Source: Thermosynechococcus sp. (GTDB taxonomy: Bacteria > Cyanobacteriota > Cyanobacteriia > Thermosynechococcales > Thermosynechococcaceae). From it: 64,000 nt of DNA. The notes under the pieces are model-generated. The model was not told the origin of the DNA, ran no database searches, and saw nothing but the letters and a program-made list of their open reading frames with translations. Shown here in pieces: positions 55,748 through 64,000 of the stretch; the first letter of the stretch is position 1, and every line of letters begins with the position of its first letter. Both the position numbers and the translations under genes were made by a program. The DNA is taken from positions 7,370-71,369 of the forward strand of contig NZ_JBKBHZ010000007.1 in assembly GCF_046299655.1 (NCBI RefSeq), written 5' to 3'.

Positions 55748-58111
55748 CTAGGAAGTCCCCCACGTTTGGGCAAGCCGTGCCAAATCCTTGGCTTGCAGTT
55801 GATACCAGCGCTGCAAGCGCGTCAATTCTTCGTACACGCTCAGGGTGGGGGCAAAATTGTCACAGCTATAGCCCAAGTGGCGCAGAATTGCGACCAATGT
55901 GCAGGGGGCAATCCAGTAGCTTTGACTCAGGGCTAAAAGGTTCACCTTACTCTCTGCTTTGAGGTCATTTTGAATAGAGAGAATCAGGGTCGGCAGGGGG
56001 GCGATTGCGGGGCGTTGGTCCCCCACATAGACAATTTCTGGCTGGGCAATGGCCAATAGCCAACGCAAATGGGTGGACGAAGGTGGCAGTGACCAGAGAA
56101 TGAGGGTGCGACAGCGATCGCTGGGGCGATCGTAGTGAATAGCTGCTGTGGTTAAGTTCGGGGGCACGTCAGGACGGCCATAGCCATAGAGCAAAACATT
56201 GTCGCGCAAGTGCGGCAGGAGCGTCGTTAAGGGGGGTAGGGGCTGCCAACGGGGCAGCGGGTGAGTCGGCAGATCAGGGACGTGCCATGTCAGTGAAGGT
56301 TTAACGCCCTTGAGTTCGAGTTCGAGAAAGGTTTCGCCATTCCACGTATGAGCGGTGAGGTGATAGGCAATATCCACGGTGGTAGGCAACGGGAAAAACT
56401 CGCCCCAACGCCAAGCCTTAGCGGTCATCTGCTGCCCATTCTGCTCTAGGGTCAGTTTCAAATGTTCCCCCTGCTGACCCATGGGAGCTTGCTCGAGAAT
56501 CTTGACCCCGCGACTACAGAAAATCGGCTGGGGATTCTCACTGCCAAAGGGTTGCAGTTGCTCGACTTGTTCATAAAAGTCCCACGTCAGTTGCTCAAAG
56601 GAGACTTCGGCATCAATTCTGACAAGGGGACGCAGATCCTCTAGTTTGAGACAGGTTTGGGCAAAGGCGCGCAGGCGATCGCGCCATGCAGCGAAGTGCT
56701 CTGCCCGTAAGCTGAACCCGCCTGCCGCTTGATGCCCACCGTATTTCAACAGGAGATCTCGAGTGGCTTCGAGGGCTTGAAACACATGAAACTCTGGAAT
56801 CCCGCGCGCAGAACCGCGAATAGTCGTCTCATCCTCATAGGTGCCAATAAACACTGGTACCCCATAGCGCTCTACAAGGCGCGAGGCGACAATGCCAATC
56901 ACCCCATAGTGCCAGTTGGGCTGGACAATCACTAACACCCACTCCTGTTGGGGATCAAAGCCGATGTCTTCAAGATGGGCGATCGCCTCTCTCTCAATCT
57001 CAGCACAGAGTTCCTGACGACGACGGTTCGTTTCCTCGCAGAGGGTGGCCAGTTCCAAAGCACGCTGCGGATCTTCTGTGGTCAGAAGGTCAATCACCAC
57101 TTGGGGATCACCCATACGGCCAATGGCATTGATGCGCGGTCCGAGCCGAAACCCCACCGCTGTGGGCTTGAGGGCGGTATTCTGGGCTGGCAAACAACCC
57201 GCCATCTGCATCAGCGCTTGCACCCCCACCAAGGGAGACGTGGGAATCGTTTGCAACCCCTGCTTGACCCAGCGGCGATTCACCCCCGTTAAGGGCGCCA
57301 AATCCGCAATCGTGCCAAGGGTACACAGTTCCCGCAGTGGCCGCACTAGTTCTCGCCAGTTGCCCAGTCGCTGGGCTAAAGACAGCGCAAGGGTATAGGC
57401 CATCCCCACCCCTGCAAGGCTATGGTAAGGGGAGTCTGAGGGCACCAGTTTGGGATTGAGAATGGCATGGGCAGGGGGCAGTTGCGGCGGTACATCATGA
57501 TGGTCAGTCACAATCACCCTCAGTCCCAGTTCCCTTGCTTTCAAAATTGGGTCAAAGGCCGCAATGCCATTGTCCACCGTGAGAATGAGTTTGACCCCCC
57601 GCTCATAGCACTCGTGCACAATCCGCTCATTGATGCCGTAGCCTTCCTGCATCCGCGAGGGAATTTCATAGTCAATGTCGGCTCCCACATGCCGCAAAGC
57701 ACGCAAGAGAAGAGCAGTGCTGGTCATGCCATCGGCATCGTAATCACCACAAATGGTCATTTTGTCGCCGTGGGCGATCGCCTGTTGCAGCAATTCCACC
57801 GCCAGATCAAGGTCGGCAAAGACGGTATTGGGCGGTGGCAGTTCCATTGTTTCAGGCTTGAGAAAGGCTTCTACGGCTTTGGCCGTCCTCAGACCCCGCC
57901 GCAGATAAATTTTCGCCAAAGCTGCGTCACACCCCAGCGCCCGTTGCAAGGACTCACATTCCTCTGGGGTGATCTCCGCTAAAAGCCAACGTTGCTGGGG
58001 AAGCACACCCATGATGCGGTAGAGGGAGATAGGCACAGGAATACCCCTCATGCTAACTTGAGCAAGACTGAAGTTGACAGTCCCAGAAAGTAGAATGATA
58101 ATTGTTATCAA
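55748..58111 (-). CDS. recJ: Single-stranded-DNA-specific exonuclease RecJ
   Basis: DHH motifs (CGDYDADGMTS, VTDHHD), DHHA1 (GGHQAAGG) and a long C-terminal extension. The true start is probably an internal Met (58051 or 58012). Confidence 0.9.
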   Translation of the reverse strand: MITIIILLSGTVNFSLAQVSMRGIPVPISLYRIMGVLPQQRWLLAEITPEECESLQRALGCDAALAKIYLRRGLRTAKAVEAFLKPETMELPPPNTVFADLDLAVELLQQAIAHGDKMTICGDYDADGMTSTALLLRALRHVGADIDYEIPSRMQEGYGINERIVHECYERGVKLILTVDNGIAAFDPILKARELGLRVIVTDHHDVPPQLPPAHAILNPKLVPSDSPYHSLAGVGMAYTLALSLAQRLGNWRELVRPLRELCTLGTIADLAPLTGVNRRWVKQGLQTIPTSPLVGVQALMQMAGCLPAQNTALKPTAVGFRLGPRINAIGRMGDPQVVIDLLTTEDPQRALELATLCEETNRRRQELCAEIEREAIAHLEDIGFDPQQEWVLVIVQPNWHYGVIGIVASRLVERYGVPVFIGTYEDETTIRGSARGIPEFHVFQALEATRDLLLKYGGHQAAGGFSLRAEHFAAWRDRLRAFAQTCLKLEDLRPLVRIDAEVSFEQLTWDFYEQVEQLQPFGSENPQPIFCSRGVKILEQAPMGQQGEHLKLTLEQNGQQMTAKAWRWGEFFPLPTTVDIAYHLTAHTWNGETFLELELKGVKPSLTWHVPDLPTHPLPRWQPLPPLTTLLPHLRDNVLLYGYGRPDVPPNLTTAAIHYDRPSDRCRTLILWSLPPSSTHLRWLLAIAQPEIVYVGDQRPAIAPLPTLILSIQNDLKAESKVNLLALSQSYWIAPCTLVAILRHLGYSCDNFAPTLSVYEELTRLQRWYQLQAKDLARLAQTWGTS

Positions 58112-58195
58112 TTTCTCTGAGGCTGGCTTCCCTTCTTCCTTGGGTTGAGAAGCGTTTTCCGGTCAGTTTTTCGGTGTGAAGTGAGAGGATTGGTC

Positions 58196-59785
58196 ATGCA
58201 AAACTCCCTAACAAAAGTCATGGTGGGTGCCCTTGGTGTTCACTTTGCCCTCCTGGTTCCAGCAGCTGTTGCTGAAACTCAGATGCCCGTTAGCGACACG
58301 ATTGGACAGGTGACCTCTGTCTCGCAGCTTTCCGATGTCCGCCCCACCGATTGGGCCTATCAAGCCCTTGCCTCCTTGGTGGAGAAATACGGCTGTATTG
58401 CCGGCTATCCCGATGGCACCTTCCGAGGGAATCGTGCCCTGACACGCTTTGAAATGGCAGCAGCGTTGAACGCTTGCCTCGATGTGGTGAGCGATCGCTT
58501 TGCCACCAAGGAAGATTTAGCCACCTTGCAACGACTCTCTGAGGAATTTGCCGCTGAACTGGCGACCCTACGCGGACGGGTGGACAACCTCGAAGCCCGT
58601 ACTGCTAATCTTGAGGCAACGCAATTTTCAACAACCACAAAGCTCTCTGCAGATGCGGTGATGGCCTTTCAAGTGGGTGGCAATACTCGCCAAGTCGTTG
58701 ACCCTGTCTCTACGACGACATTCACAGGGGGGAGCTACAATCCCACGGTGATCAGCAAGGTGGAAATTAACCTCAATACCAGTTTTCGCGGTACCGACTT
58801 ACTGACCACGACCCTTGAAGTGGGCAATAATGGCTTGGATACGTTTGGGGCAACGGGAATTGGTACTCAAGGCTTAATTGCGGGTGGCGCCGTAGATTAT
58901 GGTGGGGTGGGATTACCTGTAGGATTATCTCGTCTGTTTTACAGTTTCAAGCCCACGGAGGATTTAACGATTGGTGTAGGGCCGCAATTCTATCCCAGTG
59001 ATATTGTCGATGCCAATAGCTACGCCAACGATTCTTTCACGGATTTTAGTTCCAATTTCTTTATCAACAACCCGCTGATTGTGCCCTACGCTGTCAATGA
59101 TCCCGGAGGCGCGGGGGTCAGTATTGAGTGGAATCCGCGGGGAGGGTTCTTCACGCTGCGCGGTGTTTATGTAGCTGCTCAAGCAAGCGCACCAAGTGGT
59201 GTCCCTACAGGAGGGGGGCTTTTTGGCGATCCCTATCAGGGAACTGTGGAACTGGAGTTTGCTCGCGCCTTTGGTGCCAATGAACGGAATAACTTTGCCG
59301 TTCGCTTGCAATACACGAATTCATCTTCACTAAACATCTCCCAGAACGTCGGTGGTGTGAATGTGGAACTCACCCTCGGTAAGTTTGGCCTCTTTGGTCG
59401 CTATGCCTACTCCGATATGAAACTCTATGGTGATGGAGCAACTATTGATGGCTTAGGGCCTTTTGCTGTGTCTCCGGGGGTCTTTCCCCGCGGTGGCCGA
59501 GTGAATACCACGGCGCAAACTTGGATGGCGGGTTTGGCTTATCGGGATTTGCTCACGGAAGGATCGCTATTGGCGGCGGCGGTGGGTCAGCCCTTTATTA
59601 ACTCGTTGGCCTCAGCAGCGGGGATCAATGATTCCACCCAAACCAACTATGAACTCTTTTTCCGCTATCCCCTCAGCGACAACATCTCGATTACGCCCGT
59701 GTTTATGGCAATTACTAATGCCAACAATAGCTCCACCAATAGCCCCATTTTGCAAGGGCTGATCCGTACCACCTTTAGCTTCTAA
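58196..59785 (+). CDS. Outer-membrane porin with an N-terminal SLH domain and an OprB-like beta-barrel
   Basis: Signal peptide MQNSLTKVMVGALGVHFALLVPAAVA, an SLH motif (DVRPTDWAYQALASLVEKYGCIAGYPDGTFRGNRALTRFEMA), a coiled coil, a beta-barrel and a terminal Phe. The ORF track start at 58145 is an upstream extension. Confidence 0.85.
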   Translation: MQNSLTKVMVGALGVHFALLVPAAVAETQMPVSDTIGQVTSVSQLSDVRPTDWAYQALASLVEKYGCIAGYPDGTFRGNRALTRFEMAAALNACLDVVSDRFATKEDLATLQRLSEEFAAELATLRGRVDNLEARTANLEATQFSTTTKLSADAVMAFQVGGNTRQVVDPVSTTTFTGGSYNPTVISKVEINLNTSFRGTDLLTTTLEVGNNGLDTFGATGIGTQGLIAGGAVDYGGVGLPVGLSRLFYSFKPTEDLTIGVGPQFYPSDIVDANSYANDSFTDFSSNFFINNPLIVPYAVNDPGGAGVSIEWNPRGGFFTLRGVYVAAQASAPSGVPTGGGLFGDPYQGTVELEFARAFGANERNNFAVRLQYTNSSSLNISQNVGGVNVELTLGKFGLFGRYAYSDMKLYGDGATIDGLGPFAVSPGVFPRGGRVNTTAQTWMAGLAYRDLLTEGSLLAAAVGQPFINSLASAAGINDSTQTNYELFFRYPLSDNISITPVFMAITNANNSSTNSPILQGLIRTTFSF

Positions 59786-59888
59786 AGCTACTCTACGGCG
59801 GTTTTGACAGTTTTAGTAGCCTCCCTTCGCGCTTTGGAAAAAGGGCGGTAGGATAAAAAAATGCACAACTACGGAAAGTTTCAAGTCT

Positions 59889-60629
59889 ATGCTGCATCCG
59901 CGTTTGGCTGCTGCCTTTGAGCAGCGTTCTGTTCTTAAGATTATTAGTGGCCTCAACAATTTTGATCGCGATCGCGTGCGGGCGGTGGTCACTGCTGCCG
60001 ATCAAGGGGGCGCTACCTTGGTGGATATTGCCGCTGATCCTCAACTGGTGCGCCTTGCCAAGAAACTCACCTCCCTGCCAGTGTGTGTCTCAGCGGTAGA
60101 ACCCCTGAAACTGCTGCGGGCAGTAAATGCCGGTGCCGATCTCGTTGAAATTGGTAACTACGACAGCTTCTATGCCCAAGGGCGGGTGTTTAGTGCCGAG
60201 GAGGTGCTGAGCCTGACTCAGCAAACCCGCGAGTTACTGCCTGAGATAATGCTGTCGGTTACTGTTCCCCACACGCTGCCCTTAGATCAACAGGTTGGCC
60301 TTGCGGAAGCTCTGGTGGCCGCCGGTGCCGATGTGATTCAAACCGAAGGGGGGACGAGTAGCCAACCCCGTCACGGGGGTACCTTGGGTCTCATTGAAAA
60401 AGCAGCGCCCACATTGGCGGCTGCCTATGAAATTTCCCGTGCCGTGGCGGTGCCAGTGCTCTGTGCCTCCGGTCTTTCGACGGTGACGATTCCGCTGGCG
60501 ATCGCCGCTGGGGCTGCGGGTGTGGGCGTCGGCTCTGCTGTCAACCAACTCAATAGTGAAGTGGCCATGGTGGCCAGTGTGCGTGCCCTCGCCGAAGCGG
60601 TTAAAGGTGCCATTGCCGTCCACCGCTAA
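59889..60629 (+). CDS. ycf23: Ycf23 / DUF561 TIM-barrel protein
   Basis: 246 aa, LKIISGLNNFD ... DLVEIGNYDSFY, typical of Ycf23. Confidence 0.85.
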   Translation: MLHPRLAAAFEQRSVLKIISGLNNFDRDRVRAVVTAADQGGATLVDIAADPQLVRLAKKLTSLPVCVSAVEPLKLLRAVNAGADLVEIGNYDSFYAQGRVFSAEEVLSLTQQTRELLPEIMLSVTVPHTLPLDQQVGLAEALVAAGADVIQTEGGTSSQPRHGGTLGLIEKAAPTLAAAYEISRAVAVPVLCASGLSTVTIPLAIAAGAAGVGVGSAVNQLNSEVAMVASVRALAEAVKGAIAVHR

Positions 60630-60636
60630 ATCTGGG

Positions 60637-61593
60637 GTGAAGCTCTCCCGATTGGCTGTGGCCTGTGCCAACCGTCTCCTTGAGAGTCATAGCGATCGGG
60701 AGCGTTTTTTAGAGGCTCTCACGACTCCCCCGCCCTACCCTGCGACGGTGCTTTGGTGTCAGGAACCCGCCTCGCCACTGCCCTTTGAACCATTGCCGCC
60801 GCTTCCTTGGCAGCCTCCTTGGGTAAGCCGCTTTGCTGCGGGTAGTCGTACCGGTCAACACCCCCTCCATGAGGCGGGTGCCTACTATTGCTTGGATAGC
60901 TCCTCGGTGTTTGCCGCCGTTCCGCTGCTGACGCTGCCCCCAGAGCCGTCCTTAGTAATTGATGTGTGTGCGGCACCCGGCGGCAAGAGCCTCTTTGCGT
61001 GGCGATCGCTCCAACCCCGTTACCTTGTGTGCAATGAAACCATTGGCAAACGGGTGGGGATGCTCATTGGCAATCTCAAACGCTGTCGCGTTTATCCCGT
61101 GGGCGTCACCGCTTGGGATAGTGAAGTGCTGGCTGCTGAGTTCCAAGGCACTGCTGATGTGGTAATTGTGGATGCTCCTTGCTCTGGCCAATCCCTGCTG
61201 GCCAAGGGACAAAAAGCCGAAGGGTGCTTCCATCCCCTGACCATTCGCCACAACCAAGGGCGACAAAAACGTATTCTAGCGGCGGCAACCGCCCTTGTGC
61301 GGCCGGGAGGATGGCTGCTCTATAGCACCTGCACCTTTAGTCGCGAGGAAAATGAGGACGTGGCTACTTGGCTAATGGCAAAATTTCCGCAGTGGGTGCC
61401 TCAAGCTGTGCCAGTGCTAGCGGCCTATCAGTCGCATCTGGCGACGTTTCCCTGCTATCGGCTCTGGCCGCACCAAGGGGAAGGGGCGGGTGCTTTTACA
61501 ATTCTCTGGCAGCATCAAGGCAAGGGCGAAGCTAGCCCCCTGCCAGATTTGGGCGATCGCTGGCGCTGGCAGTCCACTTCCCAACCGGCATAG
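60637..61593 (+). CDS. RsmB/NOP-family class I SAM-dependent RNA methyltransferase
   Basis: SAM motif DVCAAPGGKS, DAPCSG and YSTCT. GTG 60637 is preferred over the ORF-track start at 60520, which overlaps ycf23. Confidence 0.8.
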   Translation: MKLSRLAVACANRLLESHSDRERFLEALTTPPPYPATVLWCQEPASPLPFEPLPPLPWQPPWVSRFAAGSRTGQHPLHEAGAYYCLDSSSVFAAVPLLTLPPEPSLVIDVCAAPGGKSLFAWRSLQPRYLVCNETIGKRVGMLIGNLKRCRVYPVGVTAWDSEVLAAEFQGTADVVIVDAPCSGQSLLAKGQKAEGCFHPLTIRHNQGRQKRILAAATALVRPGGWLLYSTCTFSREENEDVATWLMAKFPQWVPQAVPVLAAYQSHLATFPCYRLWPHQGEGAGAFTILWQHQGKGEASPLPDLGDRWRWQSTSQPA

Positions 61594-62624
61594 GTTATCG
61601 CAGTGAGGGCGTCCTGTTCTAGCCACTGGCCAAAAATGCGACTAGTGGCGATCGCCTCCTGTCCCATCAAGGTGGCTCCCAGAAGCTGTCCTTGGCGATT
61701 GACCAGCAGTTGTCCCAAACTCTGCCCCTCAGGAGTAAAGTGTTGAATCTCCCACAGTTGCATCGGTTCCCGCAGATAACGCTGGGCTTGCCGCGCATTC
61801 CAACCGACGCGAGCGATGGGGATAGGTAGGGCAATCCACCACGGTTGATGGTAGTAATCAAGATGCATGGGTTTGCGCTGCAAAACCTGGCGGGCAATTG
61901 TGAAGGCCTCAAAGTGCGTTAGGGAGGGCAAATGGTATCCCCGCTGCCAACCGCCACAGGCATAGACTTGGGGATGACTGGTGCGCCCTTGGCGATCGAG
62001 CCGCAACCATCCTTGGCTATCCCGCTGCAGGGGGTGTAGGTTCAAAGGAGTGGGTTCGGGCGCTTTGCGCCTTCCCATTAAAGGAACCCTCAGACCTAGA
62101 CCACTCAGGGCAGCATGCAGGCGATCGTTGAACCACGCATCTTCTGTTGTCACAAGCGGCAGCCCTTGCCCCTCCGCCTCAGGAGCCTTGCCAGACCAGT
62201 GCTGCCAACAAGCCAGCTCAATCCTGCTGAGGGTGTCCATGTCGTGGGTGTCCATCGCCACAGGCGCATCAAGGAGTAAATAGCCTCGTGCATAGAGGCG
62301 ATCGCCCCCCACCTGAAAATGACAGCGGGGCTGCCAGACAAATTCCCCCGTCCCGGTAATCACATCGACCCCCACGAGTTCCAAAACCCGCGGAGCATAG
62401 CGTCGCTGCCCATGGCTGAGGTGGGTCTGAAAGTGCTGCCACTGCTGAGTATCCAACCTTTGGGGGGGAAACTGCGACAGCCACCAGCGTTGCCACTGCC
62501 ATTGCCACTGCCCATCAGCGGCTGGGATCACCAAACCAATCCGCCCCAAGGGGGCACACCGATAAGCAATGTCCAATGCCAAGGGACTGGCCGCCACAAT
62601 CAGCAAATCATACTCAAAGCGCAT
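61515..62624 (-). CDS. Hypothetical flavoprotein-like protein (degenerate dinucleotide-binding fold)
   Basis: MRFEYDLLIVAASPLALDIAYRC.. has pyridine-nucleotide-disulfide-oxidoreductase-like character. The internal Met avoids overlap with the divergent phosphorylase start. Its 3' end overlaps the methyltransferase gene by 79 nt. Confidence 0.55.
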   Translation of the reverse strand: MRFEYDLLIVAASPLALDIAYRCAPLGRIGLVIPAADGQWQWQWQRWWLSQFPPQRLDTQQWQHFQTHLSHGQRRYAPRVLELVGVDVITGTGEFVWQPRCHFQVGGDRLYARGYLLLDAPVAMDTHDMDTLSRIELACWQHWSGKAPEAEGQGLPLVTTEDAWFNDRLHAALSGLGLRVPLMGRRKAPEPTPLNLHPLQRDSQGWLRLDRQGRTSHPQVYACGGWQRGYHLPSLTHFEAFTIARQVLQRKPMHLDYYHQPWWIALPIPIARVGWNARQAQRYLREPMQLWEIQHFTPEGQSLGQLLVNRQGQLLGATLMGQEAIATSRIFGQWLEQDALTAITYAGWEVDCQRQRSPKSGRGLASPLP

Positions 62625-62661
62625 AGAAACTAAGATAGAAACGACGACACTGGCAGCCCCT

Positions 62662-63863
62662 ATGAAGCCCATCCGCACGTTTAACATTCGTCCTCACTTG
62701 CTGCAACGTTTAGAACCGCTGCGGGAACTGGCCTACAACCTCTACTGGACGTGGAACACGGAGGCGATCGCCCTGTTTCGCCGCCTCGACCCAGAACTGT
62801 GGGAGCAAACAAACCACAACCCCATCGCCCTCTTGGGACGCATTCGCCAAGATCCTCTCTTGGATGCGGCTGCCGACAACGGCTTTTTGGCACAGATGGA
62901 GCAGAGCCAATTTCAAGAATATGCCCAGCCTGTGCAGACGTGGTACCAGCGCGCACCGATGCGCCTCTTGGTGAGTGTATTGCCTATTTTTCCCTTGAAT
63001 TTGGCCTCACGGAGTGCCTGCCCATCTATTCCAGCGGCTTGGGGGTCTTGGCCGGGGATCATCTCAAATCTGCCAGTGACTTGGGACTGCCCTTGGTGGG
63101 GGTGGGGCTGCTCTATCAAAAAGGCTATTTTTCGCAGTACCTCAGTGCCGATGGCTGGCAGCAGGAGCGCTATCCCAGCAATGATTTTTATACCTTGTCC
63201 CTGAAGCTGATCACGACTCCCCAAGGTGAAGAACTCCGCATTTGCGTAGATTACCCCAATCGGGACGTGCAAGCACGGATCTGGCAAGCGCAAGTGGGTC
63301 GGGTTCCCCTCTATCTGTTGGATACGAATTTGCCGGAAAACAGTGCCTACGATCAGCAGATCACCGATTACCTCTACGGCGGCGATATGGATATGCGCAT
63401 CCATCAGGAGATGTTGCTGGGCATTGGGGGAGTACGCCTGCTCCGCAGTTTGGGGTTGTGGCCAACGGTCTATCACATGAATGAGGGGCACTCGGCCTTT
63501 TTGTCCCTGGAGCGGATTCGTCAACTGATTGGCGAAGACCATCTCACCTATGATGAGGCTTTGCAGGTGGTGCAGGCTAGCCAACTCTTTACCACCCATA
63601 CGCCAGTGCCTGCAGGAATTGATCTGTTTCCTGCCGATAAGGTGACCTACTATGTCGGCCACTATGCGGAGGCGTTTAACCTTTCGCAGCAGGAGTTTCT
63701 CTCCTTGGGCCGCGTGAATCTAGGAGCTTTTCAAGAACCCTTTGGTTTGGGAGGCACGCTTTTTCGACCCGGAGAACAGGTGCTCAGTGACTCAATTCCT
63801 CGCGCCGATCAAGCCTTGTATCAGGCGAAACATGGGGGGCGCGATCGCTGGGTCTGGGCATGA
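62662..63863 (+). pseudogene. Alpha-glucan phosphorylase-family (TIGR02094-type GlgP) pseudogene: frameshifted, 3'-truncated and fused to a GGDEF-domain tail
   Basis: Frame 1 reads MKPIRTFNIRPHLLQRLEPLRELAYNLYWTWN...WYQR. Homology then continues in another frame from about 62950-62985 (IAYFSLEFGLTECLPIYSSGLGVLAGDHLKSASDLGLPLVGVGLLYQKGYF...HMNEGHSAF...FTTHTPVPAG). After about 360 aa, near 63745, the sequence switches to ..GGTLFRPGEQVLSDSIPRADQALYQAKHGGRDRW*, the typical end of a diguanylate cyclase domain. Confidence 0.75.
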
Positions 63864-63929
63864 AAGCTGAGAAACGATTTGTTACAGTAGCGGTGTCTAA
63901 AGGATGACTTTTACGGTAATTGACTTGCC

Positions 63930-64000
63930 ATGAACTCCCCACGCTTTAGTTTTAGCGGCTTGGCGGTGACCCGCCACATTGGTACCTTGGTGCTGACCCT
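63930..64000 (+). CDS. Start of a probable RND-type efflux transporter permease (partial)
   Basis: MNSPRFSFSGLAVTRHIGTLVLT.. resembles the first TM region of AcrB/HAE1-type pumps. Only 23 codons lie inside the window. Confidence 0.35.
   Translation, partial: MNSPRFSFSGLAVTRHIGTLVLT

Noticed and set aside
62913-63662. 249 aa minus-strand ORF
   Set aside because: It is antisense to clear phosphorylase homology on the plus strand, so it is a shadow ORF. The same reasoning applies to 11914..12585(-) antisense to thf1, 19253..20044(+) antisense to aspS, 16069..16614(-), 29784..30353(-), 39582..40121(-), 43302..43859(-), 37231..37725(-), 28466..28984(-) and 1166..1792(+).

Overview
This 64 kb window reads as a chromosomal segment of a thermophilic unicellular cyanobacterium. 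The evidence is the very frequent HIP1 palindrome GCGATCGC, about 55% GC, and genes for ndhN, thf1/psb29, psb30/ycf12, ccmO, ycf23 and a cyAbrB regulator. From memory, several proteins look near-identical to Thermosynechococcus proteins; I could not check this against a database. I support about 60 genes. Most are core housekeeping (aspS, glmS, murE, dnaX, recJ, ruvC, purK, tyrA, thyX, coaX) or photosynthesis and carbon-fixation accessory genes. There is also a signalling set of two Ser/Thr kinases, an FHA-kinase, a double-FHA ABC exporter and a response-regulator/PP2C phosphatase. One tRNA-Thr(UGU) is present. Two short genes missed by the ORF track were found by hand: psb30, and a 44-codon membrane peptide. 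I found no CRISPR array, rRNA, prophage or recognisable defence island. The unusual material sits in a few small patches. (1) An ORF-free, hairpin-rich region of about 600 nt lies upstream of the tRNA-Thr, is bracketed by an imperfect direct repeat, and matches no RNA family I can name. This is the best candidate for something undescribed. (2) A decayed heavy-metal efflux locus contains an RND pump wreck, a response-regulator wreck, and a lipoprotein gene whose signal peptide starts at ACG. (3) An alpha-glucan phosphorylase pseudogene is frameshifted and fused to a GGDEF tail. (4) An AT-rich islet carries a small hydrophobic ORF and an internally deleted IS630-type transposase. (5) Several convergent gene pairs overlap at their 3' ends. 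All functional calls rest on motif and family recognition by eye, and start codons are often uncertain.
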